DNA of 63,350 nt, counting the filler, from Reclinomonas americana ATCC 50394 (Eukaryota), in NCBI GenBank assembly GCA_048213135.1. It is 5 parts of 4 records of this genome, joined end to end, with 100 filler letters (N's around TTAATTAATTAA, not from the genome) between each part and the next. Parts side by side here need not be neighbours in the genome. Positions count along the whole stretch, not along the records: positions 20,628 to 44,004 come from PS015038.1; 4 more parts are not named here. One strand, written 5' to 3'. Both the position numbers and the translations under genes were made by a program. Below the pieces are notes generated by a model, which worked only from the letters and a program-made list of their open reading frames with translations, ran no database searches and was not told where the DNA came from. Each line of letters begins with the position of its first letter. Position 1 is the stretch's first letter. Shown piece by piece: positions 23,601 through 34,100 of this stretch.

Positions 23601-26105
23601 CGTACCGATCTTTCGCGAGCTGATCTGCGCGAGGTGAACCTCTGCCAGGCGTTTTGTCGTGACGCCAATTTCACGGGTAGCAACATGACTGGTACGCGAC
23701 TCTTGTTGCCGCTGCGAGCTCGAGGTCAAGATGACGGGAGTATCAATGCACTGTGTTTGGCGTACCCGTATCATGCCATCATTAGCGGCGGCGACGACGG
23801 CACTCTGCGTGTGTGGGACGCACAGCACCGCACACTGGTCGAGACCATACGCGATCAGCTTCTCGCAGAGGATGCGAGAGGAGGGCGTAGCAGTGCAATT
23901 CAAGCTGTTGCTTTTGACGTTGTGCACGGCTGCGACACGATTGCGGTTGGCGTTGCCACCGGCAAGAAAAGCAACAGGTTGCAGCGCTCTCTTGTTTTGC
24001 TGTCTCGACCGCACGCTGACGGTGGAGTATGGCAAGAGTCTGCTGACGGTTGGTCACGAGCATCTGCTGATGTTGCAGAATCCGTGTACTCGGTCGCCAT
24101 CTTGTCCAGTGAAGGGATTGTCGCCGCCGGCTTCACCAACAAGATGCGACTGTGGCAGCTGTGTGACGGCGATGGCATTCTTCACGAAAACAAGCCCTTC
24201 CAAACTCTAGATACCGACGGAACGGTGAAAACTGTGGCCTTTTTCAACACCACCTCTGGCGACCACGTGCTTGCTGCCGGAACCAGCCGTGGTGCCATCA
24301 TGCTTTACATGTACGACGACGACACTGGTTTGTTCAGCAAAGCTGGTGGCGTTGCAACTGGCCGCGAAGAAGCCCGGGTTTCGGCCTCCGTGAATTGTAT
24401 TGTTGTCAAGCCGATGCCGATGCTGTCAGCAACAGGAGCACCAGACGCGGGCATCCTCGCACAGCTCATCAGTTGTGGCGACGACAAGATTGTCCGACTC
24501 TGGAACGTGAAGGGCAACGCTGTTGGCGGGCTGCAGCTGGTGGAGGAGCGGCGCTTTGTTGGCTCTGGTCGACCGTTATTCTCTGTGGCCGTGAGCCCCG
24601 ACGGCGAGTTCGTTGTCAGCAGCAACGCCTACAAGACCGTGTACGTGTGGTCGTTGAGCAACGGAAGATTGGCTCGACAGTTCTACGGTCACCATGGCGC
24701 GGTGAAGGCGGTGGTCACTGACGGCGACGGCCACTCATGTTTCAGTGGTGGCGAAGGCGGGGCAATTTTCCGGTGGCCTCTTCCGGCGGCTCGTGACAGT
24801 GTCGGCGCGAGTGATACTGTGAGCGCAGAGGAGATGCGACGTGACGATAAGCTGGCCCGCGGCAAGTCGAAATGCATGATGTGGCCCGCCGGCGGCCAGC
24901 ACTTTTTCTTGGGCGGCTACGACGGTGTTGTTCGTGAGGTCTGCGTTGCGGATGGCCGACTGCAGCATCAGTTTGTACCGCCCACCGAACGGCTCAGGGC
25001 AGTGCACGAGATGCTGTGGGTGCCGACACCAAGTGCCGCCTGTGACGGCCTATTGGTGACGGGTGGTTACGACAGATTTATTCGAGTGTGGGAACTTGAA
25101 CGTGGCGCGCCCGACTACCGCCTCGTGCGAACAATGACCGGTCACAGCGACTACGTGATGACGCTGGCAATGGCACACGACGATCGCGGAATCGGTATTA
25201 TCAGCTGCAGCATCGATGGAACCGTTCGGCGCTGGTCACTGGCTACTGGAGACCAAGAATGGTGCTTCAATAACCCACGTCCATCGTCCAAGAGAGAAGG
25301 ACAACCGGCGGCGTATCACACGTTGGTGGTCGATCCGTATGAAGAGCACGTGATTTGTGCCGACGGACAAGGGTTTGTTGACGTCGTTCGACTGGTCGAC
25401 GGGGAAGCGGTCGGTGGATGGCAGGCGTTGGAGGGCGAGATCAAGTCGATTCTCCTGGACGGTGGCCGTGGAAATCGGCGACTGCTGACTGGTGGCGCAG
25501 ATTCCGCGATTCGAGTGTGGGAGTGGCCATTGCCTGGCAGTGGTGACGCGCCAACACTGCTGCTCTCACTCCCCGGCTTCACGCAGCGCGTGGTGGCCAT
25601 GCATCTGATACCGGAGGGGGCTAGCGATGGCTCTCGATCGCGCTTCCTGGTGTGCGCCAGTGGCTGTGCTGTGCAAGTGTGGTCGATTGAGGACGATGTC
25701 GTAGATGGCCAGCGACTCCTCTACTCGCTGAATGATGCACACTCGTCGCTGATATACGACATTGCGTTGTCGAGCGACGGCCGTCACGTTATCAGCGTGG
25801 GCGCCGACAGTGCCATCCGCGTGTGGGAACTGCCGGCTGACGCTGCACGGCTGCGGTACGTGCACGTGTTGATGCTGTCCTTTCCCTGCCTTATTTCACT
25901 GACACCGCCGATGTTACACATGTGCAGACACGGCAAGCACGTGCTGCTGCAGAAGACGTTTGGCATGTTCGACTGCTACTTTGCGGGCTGTCGTGTCGAC
26001 GGCGTCCGTGGACTCGACGACGCAACAATGGACTGGTTCCGTCAGACCGCAGCATGCGAGAGTTCCACTGTCGTTGTGCCAATGTGGAGCTATCCTTCGC
26101 CGTGA
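20628..26105 (+). CDS. NLR-like STAND protein: HEPN (DZIP3-like) - NACHT - pentapeptide repeat - WD40; 5' end missing
   Basis: Exons 20628-20714, 20785-20844, 20921-20974, 21037-21180, 21245-21479, 21539-21743, 21817-21971, 22043-22393, 22461-25855 and 25928-26105 splice in one frame. Walker A GHSGAGKT (22094), Walker B LIILDGYEE, VIISCR, LRNPFML and WAFHHS; pentapeptides DLQGARLRGADLRDAVMHRTDLSRADL; multiple GH...D..I.VW WD40 repeats; HEPN-like RNDESH at 21569-21586. Confidence 0.88.
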
Positions 26106-26210
26106 TAAGCAACACCGCTACCAATGAATATTAATGTGTTTGTTTTTATGCCAGCCATCGTCCTTCCCATCTTGTCCTTCCAACCATTCCGTCGTCGTCT
26201 CTTGTCACAC

Positions 26211-27050
26211 ATGTCACGCCGCGGCCTTATCCTCGCTCTCGACTCGTTCGCCTTTCGCCAGTTCGACGACCCGGCCTACGCCGGCACCAAGCTGCTGAGC
26301 TTCGGGCGCGGTGCGTACCCTGCGGACCCGGCCGAGGGCAAGCGCGCCTTCCTGGCCGAGTGTGCTCGCCACATTGAGGCGCGTGGCGGTCTCGAGGCCT
26401 GCCTGGTGCCAGGGTGAGTTGGCCGTCTGTACAGGCGTGCACACGACACTTGACGCACACACACACGCTGACGGTGACGCGCATGCAGATACGCGCCTTT
26501 CTGCAAGCACGTGTTCCTCCCGAATGACTTTACGGATGCTGTGGTGGGCGACATGCTGATCACGGAGGCCAACCAGTCGCTGCTGAGGTGCTTGACAGGG
26601 GAGAAGAGGCCAGTGACAAAGAGAGAGAATGTGCACTGACCAGCGTGACCCAGATCGGGCTATGTGGCGCGCAATGCGCGCGAGTTGCCGGTGTTGAGTC
26701 GCTGGTTCCCGCGTGAGGCTGTGGCGGATCAAGTGCCGCGTGCCGAGTTCCTCGACCTCATTCTGTACTCGCGGGAGCAGATGATCTCCGAGTGCGCGTC
26801 GCAGGGACAAGGCGCTCCCGAGGTGGTCTTGTTTGCGGCGGATGGCGACCTGGTGGCGGCCGCCGAGGCCTGGGAGTGGGCGGTGATCTCTGTGAAGGCG
26901 CAGTCGGAGGACCGTGAGCTGCCAATGTCGCCAATCACAGCCATGCGCAATGCGCTGGGCAAGGAGGAGGGCGGCTCGGGCGTGCCGATTGATCGCGAGG
27001 CCTACAACGCGTCGGTGGCGTACTGGGAGAAGCACGCGATGATTGTGTAA
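26211..27050 (+). CDS. DUF3228 family (flagellar-associated) protein, 3 exons
   Basis: LDSFAFRQFDD, LVPG|YAPFCKHVF, LLR|SGYVARNARELPVLSRWF, FLDLILYSREQM, PMSPITAMRNALGKEEGGSGVPIDREAYNASVAYW. Confidence 0.9.
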
Positions 27051-27071
27051 GGAAAAACACGAGTAGTACAC

Positions 27072-28091
27072 TTATAGCTTGGCGATCAGCGGAGGTGTGT
27101 TCATGGGCCGCCCGCCACGCCCCTTGCCGTGGTGCGCAAACTCAGTGGCGCCCTGCACGCTCTCACCCGACTTGAGCACCTCCATGCCGAGACGGAACTC
27201 GTTGCGCATGGCCTCCGACAANNNNNNNNNNNNNNNNNNNNNNNNNNNNNNNNNNNNNNNNNNNNNNNNNNNNNNNNNNNNNNNNNNNNNNNNNNNNNNN
27301 NNNNNNNNNNNNNNNNNNNNNNNNNNNNNNNNNNNNNNNNNNNNNNNNNNNNNNNNNNNNNNNNNNNNNNNNNNNNNNNNNNNNNNNNNNNNNNNNNNNN
27401 NNNNNNNNNNNNNNNNNNNNNNNNNNNNNNNNNNNNNNNNNNNNNNNNNNNNNNNNNNNNNNNNNNNNNNNNTCGGCAAAACACTCCGAACCGTGCCGTC
27501 TCGTCGCACACTCGCAGATCGGCCCACAGTGCCAGCTCCAACCTGCAGCCCGGCACTCAATATGTTGCCTCGTCATCTTTACGGCTTTCCCTCTCGTGGA
27601 CTCACCCACCGGCGACAGCATAGCCCGACACGGCGGCAATCACCGGCTTGCTCAGGCGCATCCGTGTCGGTCCCATGGGCCCCACTGGTGAGTTGATCTC
27701 CAGCAGGTTTGGTGTGCCCGCGGCCACGCCCTTCAGATCCGCTCCACTGTGCACGCGTGGGCGAGGAGGCACGCGAGAAAAGAGATCACAAAAAAAAAGC
27801 CGAACACACACCTGCAAAAGGTCCCGTGTCGACCATGCAAAATGGCCACGGAGAAGCGCGGATCGCTATCAAACTCGGTAAAGGCCGCAAAGAGCGCCTC
27901 GGCAGTCGCGCGATCGACAGCGTTCTTGCGCTGTAAGTAGTGACAACTTATGCATTAGCATTTTTCGCGCCATTCTTTCTCTCTCTCTGTGTGTCTTGCT
28001 GTGTTACCTCGGCTCGATTGATCTCCACGAGGAAGACAGGCGCCTGATCGCGAGTGACAACGACGCTGGCTTCTTGGTCGCCTGCGTGCAT
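27072..28091 (-). CDS. Enoyl-CoA hydratase/isomerase (crotonase) family protein with C-terminal PTS1 (AKL)
   Basis: INRAE|RKNAVDRATA, GTFCS|GADLK, SKPVIAAVSGYAVAGG|LELALWADLRV; ends ...PPLIAKL*. There is an internal N gap. Confidence 0.92.
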
Positions 28092-28155
28092 TTTGTTTGT
28101 CTGTCGAACCAACAGAGAGGCGCACTTTCGTTTTTTTGCGCGCGTGTTGGGCGCG

Positions 28156-31100
28156 ATGGAGCTTGACAAGCTCGAAGGTTTGTGCATGGCATACACGCAC
28201 ACATACGAGAGCACGTTGAAGAGAGAGAGAGAGAGTGTGCGCGTTTGTGTGAAAGTGGTGGCCATTGCGCGCTCACTCTCTCTTGTGTGTGTCTCACAGG
28301 CGTGGAGGCTGGTGTGCGATGCTTGACGCACTGCCCGCCTGCACCATCGCGCGTGCTTGCTGCAGTCTTGTCGCCCTCACAGCAGCAGCAAAGAGGACGA
28401 CGCGACTCATTGTCGAATCGACCGGGCGTGGCATCGCCCAGTACGATTGTGACGACTGCCGATGTGTCGGGAGTGGTGTGGGTGGCTGGTCGATCGGGAG
28501 GCTTGATTAACATTCTGAGCACGGTGTGTGTGTGTGTGTGCAGACTGGTGTGATTGCAATGATGGTGGTGACTCACTCACACACACACATGCACGCTTGT
28601 TTGTGTGTGGTGCAGAACGGCGATCCACTGCACTCGATTCACACGGGATCGACGCATGTGTTGTGTGCAGCATCGATTGGCAAGTATGTGTGGCTTGGAT
28701 TGGCGAATGGACAGGTGTGACATAGCCACTCTCTATCTCTTTGCCACACACACTCACCTGCCGCCGGCTGTGCGAAGGTGTCGGTGTACGAGGCCATGAC
28801 GGGAGCGTTCATTCGGTTCCTGATTGGCGTGCGAGTCAAGGGCGGCATCAATTCGATTCTGCCCGTCGTCTCGTTCAATCATGTGGGCGATCCGTCGGGC
28901 GATGTGTGGCTGGCATGCACCGATTGGAGCACGCGCATTGTGCACACGGACACGGAACGCGAGACGCAGGTCATTCGCATGCACTCCAATCTGGTCAGCT
29001 GCCTGTGCAAGTCGGCAAAGTATGTTTTTAGTGGCAGCGCCGATCATGTGATTTTGTCGTACGACATTCGTACGCACGATGTGCTGTGTGCGTTGGAGGG
29101 ACACGCCGATGCGGTGGTGGCGTTGTGTGTGGACGAGCAGTTTTTGTACTCGTCGTCGGCCGATGGACGGCTCATGATTTGGGATGCTGAGGTGTGTGCA
29201 TGAACGGCAAAGTGAGCCCATGAGATCCTGTCCTCCTCACTGCCCACCTCCGCCCTCCCGCAGACGTTTGAGCCGACGCACGGCGTGTGGATGTTTGAGC
29301 AGCCGGTGACCTCGTTGCTGTCGTTCACCGGTCTTTTGTGGTGTGGCTCGTACCAGCAGATTGCAATCATTGATGCGCGGGTGCGTAGGCTCCACATGCT
29401 TCTGCATTGCATGCTTTGACTGACACACACCGCGCAGAGCAATGTGGTCAGCAAGTCGCGTCAAGTATCAACGTCGTGGGTGCTGTGCATTGCGGAAGTG
29501 TGTGAGCTGGTGTGGATGGGCGACGGCGAAGGCAATGTGCACGTGTGGAAGAGTGAGGTGCGTCTGTTTGCGAGCGAGTCTTACGCCTTGCTTCGACGCT
29601 GATGTATTGGTGCTTGTCAGCTGGAACTGGAGCGAACACCGGCTTCGCCGGCGCCAGTGTGGATGCGAGCTGGCGCACGCTCGATTCCCGAAGACACGAA
29701 CTTTGCTTTTCGTGCCAACCACTCGCCTGGTCAGCACCGAAAGCAGCTGGGTCGAGCGGCCAGCACCTCCAGTATTGTTGCGTGCACTCCACGCGCACGA
29801 TATTGCACAGTACGTGTTGTGTGATATGTGGTTGTCTGTATATAGAGTGCCATGTCGTCGGCACGATCGGCGGCTGCCGAGTTCTCGGCGGAGCAAGTGG
29901 CGCTGGCTCGTCTGGCTGGACACGTGCTGTTGCGCGCCACACCCGACGTGGTGTGGAGTCTGACACGTGCCGGTGCAACGGCCACATTAGTGCGGTCGTC
30001 GGTGTGTGCTCCCGCCGCCGCTGTTCCAATCGTCTCCATTGCTTTGTTCCTCACTCGCTTCTCCACCACAGACTTGCGAACTGATCCAGCAGGTCGACAT
30101 TCTCACCGGGCACGTCATGTGCGCATGCACGGTGGGACCGTACGTGTGGACTGGACTCTTGAGTGGCGAGGTTCGATTTCACGTGTTCTCCACCCAGCCA
30201 ATGCTGGGCTTCGCTCGCTCGCTCACTCACGTCGGCTGGTTCACAGATTCCTGTCTATGACGCGCACACGGGTGAATTTGTGCGCAAGCTGCGACACGCA
30301 CATGTACCTGGCGGAATATTATGCATGCTTGCCGATGTGGAGGAGGGGCGCGATCGCAAACTGTCGGGAGTTTCGTCTCTTTTCCATATCTGCTGCAGTC
30401 GACACACACGCGTGTTCGCTGACAGCATTCTCGCAGAATGTGTGGATTGGTGGCGTCGACTGGGCGGTGCGCATCATTGCGCTGCCGTCGTGTCGCGAAG
30501 CACGTTGCATTCAGAAGCACTCTGATCGTGTCACGTGCCTTGCGGCGAATCGCGATTTCGTGTTCTCCGGCAGCGCCGACTGCTCCGTGTTTGTTCACGA
30601 CAAGACGGTGCGCGCGCCGGTTGATTGGACTCCGCCCCCACATGTTGCGACTGACACTCGATTGTTTGTTCGTCACAGACGGGAGCCGTGGTGCAGTCGT
30701 TTGAGGGCCACTTGTACCCCATCACCGCGCTGTTGTGTGTCGACGATTTGTTGTTCTCGGCTTCGGGTGACGGATACCTCATGGTGTGGAACTTGAAGGT
30801 GTGTTGCTCGTGGTCAGTTCTCTCTTCCTCCATCTTTCCTTGCAGCTCAATGTGCATCGTTGACACGCAGACACTGCCGCTGCCGCAACCGCAACCGGGC
30901 GCATGGCTGTTCCCCGACGCTGTCACTGCCATGGCATTTTTCGAGAACGAACTGTGGTGTGCACATGGCGAGCGCATCACGCTGATCGACATTGAGGTGC
31001 GTCTCGTCGCTTTGTCCACTCACTTGTGCCATTGCGTGCGCTCATGCGTGTTGCTGGACTGCAGTCGGGCACAGTGATTCGCTCGCATCGCTGCTCAACG

Positions 31101-34100
31101 TCGGCCATCATGTGCATGGAAGTGGTCGACGAGTACGTGTGGACGGCCAATCAGGAGTGCGAAGTGCAGACGTGGCGGGAGGTTTGTGCCGTGTGCTTCG
31201 TCATTTCGAAATGTATCCAGTCGTATTGATTGCGTCACAGAGCTCGATGAGCAACTTCCCCTCATCGCCGCCGCCGGTGTGGACAGCGGCAGAGGACTTG
31301 CCGAATCGGTTTGTCGCGCTGACTGGAAAGAGTTTGACGGCCATGTTGGTGAGCTTTTCCGAGTCTGTGATGTCGTTCTAGCGGTCTCTCTCTCGCTCTC
31401 TCCCTCTCTCTCCCTCTCTATTTCTGACTCGCCCACTCTTCGTGGCCCTCGCAGCGCCAACGCAAGGCCCGCATCCAGGAGCGTGCTGCCGCCGAGAGAG
31501 CAGCAGCAAGCGCCTCTGCGGGAAGTGCTGCTGCAGCTGCTGCTGCTCCGTCGCCGTTCGCATCGCCGGCCGTCAAGATCACGCCGCCGACGCCGTCTGC
31601 ACCCATGTCGCAGATGCAGTTTGAGATTGACGAAGAGCTGCCGGAGGCGTCGGCAGTGAGACGGCCACCGCTGCGCACTGCAGTGTCTGAACCGAGTCTC
31701 GGGCTGGGCGTGCAGCGGTCACTGGAGCGCAGGGCCTCCGACGACGACGAGCTGATGCTCTCTGACAGTGGCTCCGAGGCCACCGAGGTCACCGCCCCGG
31801 TGACTGTGGCGGCACCGTCGGCCGCCGTCGTGCCCGTGTTCACCACTGGCACCGATTTGTGGCTGATCGACCGCAGTGGCACACATGTGCAAGTTCATAA
31901 CACGGTGGTACGTCACTACTGTTCACCATTTTTTCTTTGCACATACGCGCTGACGTGCCTCTCTCTCTTTGACGCATGCCACCAGGACAACTCTGTTCGC
32001 GTGGTTCCGATCGATTCACCGCGTGTCTTGTCTGCGGCGCTGGTCAGCGACCACGTGTGGTTGGGTTTGGAGAGTGGCCAAGTGGCCGTGCACGATGCCA
32101 CTACGGTCGCGTTCCGTCGCCATCTAAGTCAAGTGTTTAGTGAGAACGGTGTTTTGTGCGTGTTGCCGGTGCCGAGCGCTGGTAGTGGCCACGAGTGGAG
32201 ACCTGCAGTTGCGCAACAACATCCACGGTCACCTCTTCTTCTTGTTCCTGCAGACCTCTGATGCTCTTCGCGTCCATTGGTGACAGACGGTGTGGCTCGG
32301 CGGTGCTGATAGCACGATTCGCGTGGTGGCGCAAAATACCGAGTCCATCATCCGCATTCGGCGCATCCATCGCGGTCCCGTGAATTGCCTGTGTTTCCAT
32401 GGCAATTATCTGTGGAGCGGCAGTGCCGATTCGACCATTGTGGTGCACAATTTGACCACGGAGACGGAGGACTGCGTGCTGGTGGCGCACGAGGATGCGA
32501 TTGTAGACCTGCGGGCCGATGAGCGACATCTGTACTCGAGCTCAGCCGACTGCCGGCTGGTTGTGTGGCGGCGCAGCAGTCAGGGAGTTGCGTAGCTCGA
32601 TGCGGTGTGTCAGGTCAAATTTCCGTGCACTGACTTTGAAACCACGCAGTCTATCTGTGAACCGATTCGCGAGTGGCGGTCACCGCTGCCACTGACGACG
32701 CTGTGCCCGCGCGATCACACACTGTGGAGTGGCTCGCATCGCACGGTGCACGCGATCAGCGTCGACAGTTTGCGTGTGGTGGAGTCGCATGTGGTGTCGT
32801 CGGAGTGGGTGCTGCGAATATTACCGTCGAGCAGCGGTGGAATCTGCGTCGTCGATGGTGGTGCAGCGTTGCACTTTTTCGACGAAGAGGTCTGTGTGTG
32901 TGTGTGTGTCGTTCCTCTGTGTGGCGCTTCAATGCAGTGCGTTCTCAATTGATTCGTGTGCAGCACGAGCACTTGGAGGAGACGGCGTCCGCCGCGTCGC
33001 TGCGCGAGATTCCAATGGAGCACGCGTGGTCGACGCAGCATTTCCAGTTGTGCTCGTCGCGTGAGGAGGTTGTGCTGCCGCCGGACCGCGAGCATTTCTC
33101 TGCGTTTGCCACACAGACCATTGGACTCGCGCCTCTGCCGGCCGGCGAGCATCATCACAATGGCGACGTGGAGCAGGCCGAGGCGGTTGACGATGAGATC
33201 GAAATACACGCGTCGGCATCCCCCGTGGCAGGGTCGGCAGCCGTAGCCGCCATGCGGGATCGACAATCGGCTGCCGAGGACACGCCAGCCCCGCGCATCA
33301 CGTCACCACAGGGCCGGCATCAGCGACAATCGTCGCCACCTGACCGAATCCGAACAACCATGGGCGGTGACGACGAGAGCGGCGAACACGAGCTGGAGGT
33401 CGACGGTCCGCGCTCCTCCTTTGAGGATCAGCACAATGTCATTATGCAGCTGCGACAGACGTTGCTTGCCGCCGATTCACCCACGGGTCACTCGGCATCA
33501 CAACAGCAGCGCATTGCCGCGCTGCTTGATCGACTGGAGCAGTCGCGCCCGGCTCACCATCACGACGACGAGGACAGGATCGCCGGCGCTGGCAGAGGCC
33601 AGAGTGCCGGCAGTGTTGCCGAGCGTCCGAGTCTGGACGACTCCACGCTGCAACGGTACCGTGAACCGGCGGCGCCAGGCAGCACGACAGCAGCAGCGGC
33701 GGCGGCGGCAGCAGCGGCGGCAGCAGTCCAAGAGGAGCTGGAGGTCGCCAAGAGTGAGCTGTCCAGTAGCCTGGCTCGCCTCGAAACGCAGGAGATGGAG
33801 ACCAAGTTGCGCGGCAGTGGTGCCGTATTTCTTGTTCAACGGCGACAATATCTCACCTTTGTGTGTGTGTGTGTACACAGAAACGCGCTGGCCCGACTGC
33901 AAGCGCAGGTGGACGACGCACACCGAAAGGGTGCGGCGCGCGAGGCCGAGTTGCTGAAGCAGCTCGACGAGGCGCGTGGCCAGGTTCGCGAGCGCGATGC
34001 GCGCATCCGAGAACTGAGCACGCTGGTGGAGGCGGAGCGATCGGCGCGCAATCTGCTGGAGGACGAGCTGGCGGCCGAGCGAATCGCCAAGGAGTCTAAT

